This document shows, piece after piece, positions 34,043 to 43,455 of a stretch of DNA of 64,000 nt; the first letter of the stretch is position 1, and each line of letters starts with the position of its first letter. The DNA lies in the NCBI GenBank assembly GCA_963705725.1, contig CAVPKM010000007.1, positions 32,001 through 96,000 of the forward strand, read 5' to 3'. Under the pieces are notes generated by a model that did not search any database, was not told where the DNA came from, and worked only from the letters and a program-made list of their open reading frames with translations. The DNA is from an uncultured Gammaproteobacteria bacterium. GTDB lineage: Bacteria > Pseudomonadota > Gammaproteobacteria > UBA6002. A program made the position numbers and the translations under genes.

Positions 34043-34483
34043 ATGATAAATAATCCAAAATCTAAAAATCAATACCAACAAACTCGTGTGGAAGCAGGTA
34101 AAAAAGCGGCTGAAACACGTGGCCATGAAAGTCTAGGTGAAGCTGGACGAAAAGGCGCAGAAGCTAGAACGCATGAAAGTCGTGTAGAAGGCGGTAAAAA
34201 GGCTGCGGAAACACGTGGTCATGAAAGCTTAGCTGAAGCTGGAAGAAAAGGAGCTGAAGAAAGAACGCATGGAAGTCGTGTAGAAGGCGGTAAAAAGGCT
34301 GCGGAAACACGTGGTCATGAAAGCTTGGCTGAAGCTGGAAGAAAAGGAGCTGAAGAAAGAACGCATGAAAGTCGTGTAGAAGGCGGTAAAAAGGCTGCGG
34401 AAACACGTGGTCATGAAAGCTTAGCTGAAGCCGGAAGAAAGGGTGGGGAAGCAAGAGGAAAAGATAATAAAAATAGAGAATAG
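34043..34483 (+). CDS. KGG-repeat (GsiB/Con-10/YciG-like) hydrophilin
   Basis: RBS ggagg; repeated EAGRKG(G) motifs. Confidence 0.85.
   Translation: MINNPKSKNQYQQTRVEAGKKAAETRGHESLGEAGRKGAEARTHESRVEGGKKAAETRGHESLAEAGRKGAEERTHGSRVEGGKKAAETRGHESLAEAGRKGAEERTHESRVEGGKKAAETRGHESLAEAGRKGGEARGKDNKNRE
34083..34445 (+). repeat. Coding tandem repeat, 96-bp unit (32 aa = 2x16 aa), ~4 copies
   Basis: cgtgtagaaggcggt recurs at 34181, 34277, 34373. Confidence 0.92.
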
Positions 34484-34496
34484 TTCTTTAAACCAA

Positions 34497-36013
34497 GAGG
34501 CTATAAAATTTTTTGTGTAACTGGATTTAGTCAGTATAAACTAACTGAAACAAGGAGTACTGACTATGGCGACAAAACTCACTTCATTTGATCCGCAAAT
34601 GATAGATAATTTGATTAAGGACTGCAAAACCCAAGAAGATATGTTTGGCGAAGGAGGTCTTCTGAAAAACTTGACGAAGGCACTTTTGGAAAGGGCCATG
34701 CAAGGAGAGATGAGCAGCCACTTGGGCTACGAGAAAAATGAGGCTAAAGGTAAGAATAGCGGCAATTCTCGAAATGGATATTCAGAAAAAACTTTAAAGG
34801 GCGAAAATGGCGAATTTACTATCCAGGTACCGAGAGATCGAAATGCAGATTTTTCTCCCCAGATTGTTGCTAAGAACCAAACGCGTTTTGAAGGGTTTGA
34901 TGACAAAATCATCAGCCTTTATGCGAGAGGGATGACGACACGTGATATACAGGGGCAATTGCAAGAGCTCTATGGGGTAGAAGTCTCTCCTACTTTCATT
35001 TCCAATGTGACCAACGAAGTCATTGAGGAAGTGAAAACTTGGCAGTGTCGTCCCTTGGATAAACTTTATCCCATTGTTTACTTTGATGCCTTAATGATCA
35101 AAGTTAAAGAAGATAAGCGAGTGATTAACAAAGCCTTTTATCTTGCTTTGGGTGTAGATCTTGAAGGGCAAAAAGAATTACTGGGAATTTGGATTAGCCA
35201 AACGGAAAGTTCAAAATTTTGGCTCAATGTGTTATCTGAATTGCAGCATCGTGGTGTGGGAGATATTTTGATTGCTTGCGTTGATGGCCTTACGGGCTTT
35301 CCTGATGCCATTTCAACGGTATTTCCCAAGACCCAGGTTCAACTTTGCATTGTTCATATGATTCGAAATTCACTACGCTATGTTCCTTGGAAAAGCCGTA
35401 AGCAAGTGGCGGCGGATTTAAAAACGATTTATGGCGCAAAGACACTCGATGAAGCCGAATTATGTCTCGCTACTTTTTCCGAGAAGTGGGACGAGCATTA
35501 CCCTTCTATCAGTAAAAGTTGGCTGACTCACTGGGAAAATGTCACGCCTTTTTTTGGCTACTCTTCTGAAATTCGTCGCGCGATTTATACTACGAATGCA
35601 GTTGAATCCGTGAATATGAGCCTTCGGAAGGTTATTAAAAGTAAGCGCGTTTTTCCTTCGGATGATGCGGCTTTGAAGCAGCTATATTTAGCGCTTAAAA
35701 ATATTTCAAAAAAATGGACAATGCCAATACGAAATTGGGGTGATGCCATGAATCGTTTTATGATCCTGTTCGAAGACAGGCTAAAAGGAGCGATTTAGTT
35801 TAAGAACTGATTTAAAATTTTGTGCCTTCGATCGCCTGTGGATATATGCACAAACTGACTCGTTGCACTCGTCAGTATTGCGCACATACCCACAGGCACA
35901 ATAATTTTATTTGTTTATTTAAAAAATTTTTGTTATTTTAATTTCGCTATCTGGAATTCGGTAGCAAAAAATCTGCTGACTCAACCTGCTTACACAAAAT
36001 TATTTACGCTACC
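34497..36013 (+). mobile_element. Intact IS256-family element with 8-bp TSD TAAACCAA
   Basis: Imperfect IRs gaggctataaaattttttgtgtaac / cttacacaaaattatttacgctacc; TAAACCAA at 34489-34496 and 36014-36021. Confidence 0.95.
34566..35798 (+). CDS. IS256 (Mutator-type DDE) transposase
   Basis: [37 protein letters not shown]. Confidence 0.96.
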   Translation: MATKLTSFDPQMIDNLIKDCKTQEDMFGEGGLLKNLTKALLERAMQGEMSSHLGYEKNEAKGKNSGNSRNGYSEKTLKGENGEFTIQVPRDRNADFSPQIVAKNQTRFEGFDDKIISLYARGMTTRDIQGQLQELYGVEVSPTFISNVTNEVIEEVKTWQCRPLDKLYPIVYFDALMIKVKEDKRVINKAFYLALGVDLEGQKELLGIWISQTESSKFWLNVLSELQHRGVGDILIACVDGLTGFPDAISTVFPKTQVQLCIVHMIRNSLRYVPWKSRKQVAADLKTIYGAKTLDEAELCLATFSEKWDEHYPSISKSWLTHWENVTPFFGYSSEIRRAIYTTNAVESVNMSLRKVIKSKRVFPSDDAALKQLYLALKNISKKWTMPIRNWGDAMNRFMILFEDRLKGAI

Positions 36014-36026
36014 TAAACCAAGGTTT

Positions 36027-36057
36027 AAGCACTCGTTTGATTCGAAGCGAGTGCTTA
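36027..36057. terminator. Hairpin, probably the original terminator of the KGG genes
   Basis: aagcactcgttt-gattcg-aagcgagtgctt inverted repeat right of the IS. Confidence 0.5.
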
Positions 36058-36513
36058 CCTTGAGCTCTATAGCATTAACTTGATGTTGAGTTAAAACCGC
36101 TTGCGATTTTTATAAGCGCTGTGTGTTTTTAGCAAATGCAATCCCCTCCTTTTTCCTTTTTTCCTTAATTGGCAAAAGCTTCCAGGGCAGAGAGGAGCAA
36201 TAATGTTAACATAGGCGAATCTCCACCAGTGAGTCAGCTTTCTTTCATCCACCCTAATCAGTTAACTGGATAACCCACACATAAGTCATTTATTCGCGTG
36301 CTAGGGACCCCTTCAATTACTGAATTGTACTGAATTGGCTAAAGCCGAGGTTCGTGCATTTCCGAGAAGGGAAGGATTAAATAGCTGGAAACTCCCATTC
36401 CCTATATCCAGGGCATACAGATGCTACAGGCAATGGTTTTAGCACCAAAGCTATTGGTATTGTATAGATAAAGAATCTAAAATATAAATAATGTATATTT
36501 TTGGAGGAATATT

Positions 36514-36591
36514 ATGTGGTACATCATAGGTTGGTTACTTGGAATTCCAGTCATTCTGCTTTTAATAATTTGGATAATTTCACATATTTAG
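36514..36591 (+). CDS. 25-aa single-TM small protein
   Basis: RBS ggagg; MWYIIGWLLGIPVILLLIIWIISHI*. Confidence 0.65.
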   Translation: MWYIIGWLLGIPVILLLIIWIISHI

Positions 36592-36630
36592 ATAACAAAA
36601 AAATATTTTTCCCACAAATAGGAGACTGCT

Positions 36631-37284
36631 ATGCAAAAAGATCTTAAAGAGTTTATCATTCCGGAATGGGCTAGGCTCAAGATAATTTCCTGGAAGGCTA
36701 TCATTGCTGGTACCGTGGCAGCAATTTCAGTAGGCTTATTACTCAATACATTAGGCATCGGTATTGGGCTTGCAGCATTTACCACCAGTGAAAGCGGTGC
36801 GTTAACCTATGCCATTAGCGGAATATTATGGTTAATAATTAGTACATTCATTGCAATGACAATCGGTGGGTTGGTTGTAGGGATGCTTGTCAGAACGGAT
36901 TATAAATCGTTCGGTGGTGCATTACATGGCTTTTTAGTTTGGGGCTTGTCTTCAATATTACTCTTCTTACTAACGAGCATGGTAATCATTCCAACCGTCG
37001 CTGAAATAGCACATGGTGCGGCAAGTAACCCCGCCTTAATTAACCAAGCACAAGCTGATTCTCGTCCGGCTTCTCATGTTATGGTGACATATAATAGTCG
37101 TACTGACACAAAAACAATTTCTACGTCTGTTAATACTCAAAAGTCACTAAATTTTGCAGGTGGGTTTTCACTATTATTTTTCTTTGCGTCTCTAATGGGC
37201 TTAATTGGAGCCATAATAGGAGCTAAAGTAGGCGTCAAAGATTACTTTGATCATCAACACAATCCTGAATTTAAAAGAGATTAA
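36631..37284 (+). CDS. Multi-TM membrane protein, function unknown
   Basis: ISWKAIIAG...GALHGFLVWGL; about four hydrophobic helices. Confidence 0.75.
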   Translation: MQKDLKEFIIPEWARLKIISWKAIIAGTVAAISVGLLLNTLGIGIGLAAFTTSESGALTYAISGILWLIISTFIAMTIGGLVVGMLVRTDYKSFGGALHGFLVWGLSSILLFLLTSMVIIPTVAEIAHGAASNPALINQAQADSRPASHVMVTYNSRTDTKTISTSVNTQKSLNFAGGFSLLFFFASLMGLIGAIIGAKVGVKDYFDHQHNPEFKRD

Positions 37285-37518
37285 TTGTTTTTCAATTATC
37301 AGAATGTGCCTTCCTGGAGTTTTTAAAAACATGCTTTTCTCTGCATTGACCTAGATAAGTAGCGAAGAAATTATTCTTCAGCAAATAAAGCCATCCGTCG
37401 AGAAAGCACGGTACGCGCTATTTAAGTATTTTTCTCTGGGGGGGATTCAATTTGGTATAAAAAAATAAAAAATTTGACAATTATTAATAGAAATATAATA
37501 TATTAGGATTTGTAGGTT

Positions 37519-38853
37519 ATGGGGTTTATCATGAAATTAAGCATACGGGATTCAAAAAGAAAAATAATCATTCTAAATGTCGAGCCTAGGATGAGCGTTA
37601 TTGATTTAAGAATTAAGTTGTATGAACTAAATGACCAAATTGATGAAATCATTTTATACCCTGACGATACCGTTGAAAATGGCATCACACTTGAAAATAA
37701 TCAAACTTTAGAAAACTATGCGATCAATGAAAATAGCTTAATCAAATTAGCTCCTCTCCTTGAAATTCCCAGTGAATTTTTTTGTCCCGTTTCTCTGTGT
37801 ATTTTCTTAAAGCCAGTTAAACTGCCTTGTGGCGCCACCATAGAATGTGAAGTCATCGAAAAGCATATCAAGCTGGCAGGGACTTGCCCTTTTACTCGAA
37901 AACCACTCACTACAACAGAATTGATCAAAGACACTATTCTGGAAGATCGAGTTAACAAGTTATTTGAGCAACATAAAAATAGTGCTGCTATTGAAGTATT
38001 AAATATAAAAAGATATCAATTAGAGGCGCCTGCCTTAAGTTTTCAAAATGACAGTCCGAGAGGACCGAGTGAGCCAAGTACAGATGATCAATTAGCGATG
38101 CATGCAGATCAGCCACCATCGAATGAAAATCCTCTAACTCAGGCACTAAGCGTTGTCAGAATGATACTTTCACTTGAACCAAATTTATTTGAATACGTAC
38201 AACCAGAGAACACAATAGCAACAACTGAAAATCAATTAAATGCTTGGCAAGCAGGAGCGCTAGAAAAGTTGCAACATCGCGGCTTAACTGAAGAAATGCT
38301 ACGAGCCTATAATCATAATGATCACAAATTTGATAATCATCATGCCTTTGCATTGGAAACGCTAGTTGAAAGCCGAGAGTTTTCCATCCAAGAAGCACTA
38401 GCTGAAATTGAAGGCTTGTCAGGTCATCAAGCAGAGGGTATTCGAAGGGGTTTAACTCGCCCTGAAGTTATCGATATGAATATTTGGCAGATAGAAACGC
38501 TAGTAAGCCTTAAAAGCTATGGCCTGACAGCAGAAATGCTAAGAGCTCATTTTTATAATGTTCAAGAATTTCATGATGGTCATTGCTACGCCTTGAAAAA
38601 TCTAGTTCAAACTCGAGAGTTTTCCGTCCAAGAAGCACTAGATGAAATTGAAGGCTTATCACCCTATCAAGTAGGGCGTATTCGAAACGGTTCAACTCGT
38701 GCTGAAGCAATCAATACTGGCGAAGCAGCAGCTAACGGTGGCCGTCACATGGCTTTGTTACCTTTTTTTAGCACTCTCCGACCTCGTACTGTGGAACGAC
38801 AGACAGGAAGTAATTACTCAATTAACGATGGGGCATCAAATGCATTCAAATAA
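37519..38853 (+). CDS. Ubiquitin-like domain + U-box + two internal repeats; putative effector E3 ligase
   Basis: N-terminus aligns by eye to ubiquitin; U-box IPSEFFCPVS..KPV.LPCG....IEKH...TCPFTRKPL. Confidence 0.8.
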   Translation: MGFIMKLSIRDSKRKIIILNVEPRMSVIDLRIKLYELNDQIDEIILYPDDTVENGITLENNQTLENYAINENSLIKLAPLLEIPSEFFCPVSLCIFLKPVKLPCGATIECEVIEKHIKLAGTCPFTRKPLTTTELIKDTILEDRVNKLFEQHKNSAAIEVLNIKRYQLEAPALSFQNDSPRGPSEPSTDDQLAMHADQPPSNENPLTQALSVVRMILSLEPNLFEYVQPENTIATTENQLNAWQAGALEKLQHRGLTEEMLRAYNHNDHKFDNHHAFALETLVESREFSIQEALAEIEGLSGHQAEGIRRGLTRPEVIDMNIWQIETLVSLKSYGLTAEMLRAHFYNVQEFHDGHCYALKNLVQTREFSVQEALDEIEGLSPYQVGRIRNGSTRAEAINTGEAAANGGRHMALLPFFSTLRPRTVERQTGSNYSINDGASNAFK

Positions 38854-39450
38854 CAATGAATGGGTGCCGATTTATATCACTGTTCGAGTATTAACAGACA
38901 AGAAGTTTGAAGGATATATGAATAGTAATCCTGATCCAGGGTGCGAGTTTCTTTATATTTATTAAGGCCAGATCAAGTTGAGCTTGGTCCAGCTAACTTT
39001 TCTTTAGCGTTACATGCGGGTTCTATCGAAGGTTCAGGAACAGAATCTAGACTCCATCGCCAGATTTAATGGCCTATCCACAAACATGGCCTCAGCCTCT
39101 GCAATCTCTAAGCCCACTTGACGACCTTTTGAGCCGGAAAATGAAATGGGGGTTGGGCGCGACCAGACTAGCCTGACTAGCTATAAAGTATTGATCGCTT
39201 CCGGCCGACTTGAGAATGCACCTTCGATTGCGTTAATGACGATTGATAAGCTGATTTACTGTATCAAGGAGAAAATAGTGATCGACTTTTCACCAGAGGA
39301 AGCCGCCTTTATTGAGCAAAACAATTCCTTTCAGGGTTAGGCAAAAGAGTTCCTCAATTTGGTGCATTGATTATTCAAATTTTAGAAAACACGCCAAGGC
39401 CTCAAAAGACTGACGCTTGTTCCGTTCAATAAGCTAGCATTGTCCCCTAT

Positions 39451-40392
39451 TTATGGGCCAGGGTGGCGCTCAGGAAATGTATTCATCACATCCTCTATAA
39501 TATCACTAATGGAGGGTTCTATCTCCTGTAAAGCATTTAATATTTGAGGGAGAAGCTGAGCGAGTTCTTCTGGAGAGGTTGTTAGGTAAAATATATCATC
39601 CTCATCTCCAGGAAATAAACCGATGCCAGGAAGATCGGCCGTTATTCCATGATTTTGAAGGGCTTCTTTAAATAGCCGATTGTGCGCTATTGCAGATCTG
39701 AAGGTGTCTCCTTCCATATAAGTAGCCGTGATCCATAAGGTACAGTTTTCGGGATTATTTTTTATTTGCATTTCACTTATATAACTTGGATTACTATTAT
39801 AATAAATTTTTTTTTCTCCTAAATAATGCCAAAGTTCCCAGGTACCCCAATTAATCCGCTGAAGACGAGAGGCTGGTTGCTGCGCTGGAGCCTCAAAAAA
39901 CTGAGGTGCTTGAGGTTGTTGCGCTTGAAACGCCTGCGCACCCACTGCTTGTTGCATAGCTAAAACATCGTCTGGTGTTGGCGCAGCAGGCTGATTGGTC
40001 TGGGTTGAGGTGGGGCTAGGAGCCTCATAAGCATATCTTTCTTTATTAACAGCTTGCATCAAATCCTTGTAATCAGGGCGGTCTTTATTTTCGTTCAAAA
40101 ATTTGTTAATTTCGTTTTCTATTTCGTTTTTCACTGCAACCGCTGTAGCGATATTATTCACTTGTATTAATGTCATCGGCTGTCGATTAAAGGGATTTCT
40201 TCCAGTAATTCTGACAGATTCTTGTACAAAATGCCGTTCAACAGGGTCGGAGGATCCTGCAATAATGATAGGATCGGTTAAGATTGCGCCAGTAAGTTCT
40301 GAAATATACCCAAGTCTACTCATGTGCTTTTTAAATTCTTCGAGCAGCTCGTCTTTATTTTTAATAGGGTTTTCTTCAAATTTATGCTCCAT
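39451..40392 (-). CDS. Divergent U-box protein; putative effector
   Basis: ISELTGAILTDPIII...VERHFV...RNPFNRQPM; shares a linker motif with 37519..38853. Confidence 0.65.
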   Translation of the reverse strand: MEHKFEENPIKNKDELLEEFKKHMSRLGYISELTGAILTDPIIIAGSSDPVERHFVQESVRITGRNPFNRQPMTLIQVNNIATAVAVKNEIENEINKFLNENKDRPDYKDLMQAVNKERYAYEAPSPTSTQTNQPAAPTPDDVLAMQQAVGAQAFQAQQPQAPQFFEAPAQQPASRLQRINWGTWELWHYLGEKKIYYNSNPSYISEMQIKNNPENCTLWITATYMEGDTFRSAIAHNRLFKEALQNHGITADLPGIGLFPGDEDDIFYLTTSPEELAQLLPQILNALQEIEPSISDIIEDVMNTFPERHPGP

Positions 40393-40590
40393 ACCTCTCT
40401 CCAGTGCCTTTATACCCTAAAGTAAAAGTGATTCGTTCTCTTAACTGGGTGTTTTTGATTATGACTAAGCCAATTGCGATTCAGGTAAAAATTTTAAAAT
40501 TTTCGTATCTGTTAGTATAGGATACCGCGCTTATTTTTAAAAAATAATCACACTGTACTACAATATTTCTAATAATATGAAAGGACAGTA

Positions 40591-41109
40591 ATGATGAAAA
40601 ATAAAGAAAAGGTTATTATTTCAGTTCCCCCTAAACTTGCCACACCAAATGATTTATTACCTCATGGACGCCAAGAAATAGCAGCTGCTATCAACCCACT
40701 TGTTGCTGATTCATTTGCATTGTTCGTCAAGGTTAAAAATTTCCATTGGCATGTCTCTGGAAGTCATTATCGAGATTATCATTTACTTTTTGATGAACAC
40801 GCCACTCAGATCTTTGCAATGGTTGATGTGTTGGCAGAGCGTGTGAGAAAGCTAGGGGGAACTACTATTCGCTCTATTGCTCATATTAATCGAATACAAC
40901 AAATTTCCGATGATGATGAAAAATTTGTTGAACCAAGAGAAATGGTAAGAAGATTAATGCATGATAATGAAAGCTTTTTGAAAAACATGCGTAGTGCCCA
41001 TGAGGTATGCAGTAAATATAATGATTGCGCCACAACCAGCGTTCTTGAGGTATTTATTGACGAGACCGAACGCAGAGTTTGGTTCCTTTATGAAACCCAA
41101 ATTGAGTAG
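40591..41109 (+). CDS. dps: Dps-family ferritin-like protein
   Basis: KNFHWHVSGSHYRDYHLLFDE, DVLAERVRKLGG, ETERRVWFL. Confidence 0.92.
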   Translation: MMKNKEKVIISVPPKLATPNDLLPHGRQEIAAAINPLVADSFALFVKVKNFHWHVSGSHYRDYHLLFDEHATQIFAMVDVLAERVRKLGGTTIRSIAHINRIQQISDDDEKFVEPREMVRRLMHDNESFLKNMRSAHEVCSKYNDCATTSVLEVFIDETERRVWFLYETQIE

Positions 41110-41180
41110 GCATATGGGTAACATGTTTCAACTTATAATATATTCTTTTTTTGGTCTTACACATAGCGTGAGGTAATTTT

Positions 41181-41912
41181 ATGAAAAATCATCTGCATTT
41201 ATGCCATAATTTATGGTCAAAATTTTTTATTGCTACATTCATTGTTTCAACATTAGCTCTATCCTATCAGTCTCAAGCTGAAAATAAATCTCCCTCCACT
41301 TTACAAACTAAAGCTTTAGCTAATGTGAAATTACCTAATCCTGTCTATAGTAGCCATACATCAATTGAAGAGGCTTTAAAAAAACGTCGATCAATCAGGG
41401 AGTACAAAAATAACCCTATCACATTGCAACAATTAGCTCAGTTACTTTGGGCTGCGCAAGGTATTACTTCTGCTAAGGGATTTAGAACAGCCCCTTCAGC
41501 AGGCGCTTTATATCCTATCGAAATTTATGTTCTGAGTGGAAATGTTAAAGGTTTAATGCCAGGTGTGTATCGTTATCTCCCTAAAAAGCATGTGCTGGAG
41601 CTTCTAGCTAAAGACGATATCCGTTCAAAATTAGCAACAGCAACTTTTAATCAAAGTGGTGTGACTAATGCAGCAGCAGATATCCTCATTACTGCAGCCT
41701 ATGCAAGAACCACTGCTAAATATGGAAATCGTGGAGAACGGTTTGCACAAATGGAAGCAGGCCAGGTAGCAGAAAATATATGCTTACAAGTCACTTCACT
41801 AGGACTTGGAACAGTCACAATTGGTGTCTTCAATGATTCAAAAGTTAAAGCGTTAATGAATTTTTCCAAAGATGAATATCCATTATATATTATGCCGGTA
41901 GGAAAAATATAA
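41181..41912 (+). CDS. SagB/nitroreductase-family protein with signal peptide
   Basis: RRSIREY, LLWAAQG, RTAPSAGALYP, EAGQVAEN. Confidence 0.88.
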   Translation: MKNHLHLCHNLWSKFFIATFIVSTLALSYQSQAENKSPSTLQTKALANVKLPNPVYSSHTSIEEALKKRRSIREYKNNPITLQQLAQLLWAAQGITSAKGFRTAPSAGALYPIEIYVLSGNVKGLMPGVYRYLPKKHVLELLAKDDIRSKLATATFNQSGVTNAAADILITAAYARTTAKYGNRGERFAQMEAGQVAENICLQVTSLGLGTVTIGVFNDSKVKALMNFSKDEYPLYIMPVGKI

Positions 41913-41920
41913 ATTAATAT

Positions 41921-41956
41921 ATCCTCTTAAGTTGCATGCGATTAACTTAAGAGGAT
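41921..41956. terminator. Stem-loop after nitroreductase gene
   Basis: atcctcttaagtt...aacttaagaggat. Confidence 0.55.
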
Positions 41957-42132
41957 GAAACTAGGACGCCGACCAGCTGCTTTCATTTGAATATTGTTGA
42001 ATAAAATAAATTTATGAAATCTGGAGTTTTAAACGATCCAGAAAATTTTAAGAGAACAAACTTTATAAATTTTTTTTGAACAGAGGGGTGTCATAACAAT
42101 AACCAAGAAAAATATGAAAAAAAGGAAATGAA

Positions 42133-42804
42133 ATGAAAGTATTAATGATATTAACTTCTCATGACCAATTAGGCGATACCGGTCAAAAAACTGGGTTTTG
42201 GCTCGAAGAATTCGCTGCACCTTATTATGTTTTTAAAGACGCCGATATCGAACTAACTTTAGCTTCACCCAAGGGTGGGCAACCTCCAATCGATCCCAAA
42301 AGTGACTTGCCTGAAAATCAAACTGCAGCAATTCAAAGATTTAAGAAAGATGATGAAGCAAACAAAGCACTTTCACAAACAGTAACGTTAACGGATCTAA
42401 AAGCAGAGGATTTCGATGCTATCTTTTATCCCGGCGGTCATGGTCCGATGTGGGATCTTGCCGAAAATTTAATTTCTATCAAACTTCTCGAATCTTTTTA
42501 TAGTCTTGGAAAACCCGTTGCTTTAGTTTGTCACTCTCCCGGAGTCCTTCGCCATGTCATGAATAAAGGTATACCTCTGGTAAAAGGAAAACGTGTAACG
42601 GGTTTTGCTAATAGTGAAGAGGCAGAAATCAAGCTCACCACCGTTGTTCCTTTTCTTGTGGAAGATGAATTAAAGAGATTAGGAGGATGTTACGAAAAGG
42701 CTTTAAATTGGCAAAGTTTTGTTGTTATTGATGGGCATCTTATTACAGGTCAAAATCCTGCTTCTTCTGCAGCAACTGCTGAAGCATTACTGAAAATGCT
42801 ATAA
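42133..42804 (+). CDS. DJ-1/PfpI (Hsp31-like) glutamine-amidotransferase-like protein
   Basis: TGFWLEEFAAPYY, PGGHGPMWDL, VCH, ITGQNPAS. Confidence 0.9.
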   Translation: MKVLMILTSHDQLGDTGQKTGFWLEEFAAPYYVFKDADIELTLASPKGGQPPIDPKSDLPENQTAAIQRFKKDDEANKALSQTVTLTDLKAEDFDAIFYPGGHGPMWDLAENLISIKLLESFYSLGKPVALVCHSPGVLRHVMNKGIPLVKGKRVTGFANSEEAEIKLTTVVPFLVEDELKRLGGCYEKALNWQSFVVIDGHLITGQNPASSAATAEALLKML

Positions 42805-42922
42805 TTTCGGAGTATAGCAAGAAGTTTGGATAAAACTTTGTTATTCTATGCTGTTTATCAATTTAAAAACGTTTTGGTATACCTTTGTGGCTTATGCTAG
42901 AGCAAGAAGAGTAGGGGAAGCC

Positions 42923-43444
42923 ATGATATTAAAGACTGCAAGGATAGACACAGTTTTAGGCCCGATGATTGCTATATCCGATGATACATCACTTTACTTG
43001 CTAGAATTTGTTACCAGAAGAGGATTAGAGCGAGAGGTAGAGCGCTTAAGGCATCGAGGGTTTGCCATGGTTCCTGGAAATGCCTTGCCACTTACCTCCA
43101 TAGAAACTGAGTTAGCAGCCTATTTTGAAGGAAAGCTTACTCAATTTAAAACACCATGCCGGACATTTGGTAGCCCTTTTCAGCAATTAGTATGGCAAGT
43201 GCTATGCCAAATTCCTTATAGCGAAACGAGAAGTTATGCAGAGCAATCGATTTGTTTGGGAAAACCAAGCGCATACCGCGCTGTCGCCAATGCGAATGGA
43301 GCCAATCAATTAGCAATTATTATTCCTTGTCATCGCGTTATTGCAAGTGATGGCTCACTGGGTGGGTATGGCGCTGGGTTAGCGGTAAAGCAATGGTTGA
43401 TTGAACATGAAAAACGACATAAAAAAGTATTAAAAAGTGAGTAA
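42923..43444 (+). CDS. ogt: O6-methylguanine-DNA methyltransferase (Ogt/Ada C-terminal type)
   Basis: RAVANANGAN, IIIPCHRVI. Confidence 0.88.
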   Translation: MILKTARIDTVLGPMIAISDDTSLYLLEFVTRRGLEREVERLRHRGFAMVPGNALPLTSIETELAAYFEGKLTQFKTPCRTFGSPFQQLVWQVLCQIPYSETRSYAEQSICLGKPSAYRAVANANGANQLAIIIPCHRVIASDGSLGGYGAGLAVKQWLIEHEKRHKKVLKSE

Positions 43445-43455
43445 AGGTAATAGGT

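Noticed and set aside
34083-34445. CRISPR-like array
   Set aside because: Contiguous in-frame coding repeats with no unique spacers and no cas genes
34164-34454. Minus-strand repeat ORFs (96 and 61 aa)
   Set aside because: Shadows of the KGG repeat gene
41181-41912. SagB-type gene as part of a RiPP cluster
   Set aside because: No YcaO, precursor or transporter nearby; stand-alone nitroreductase fold
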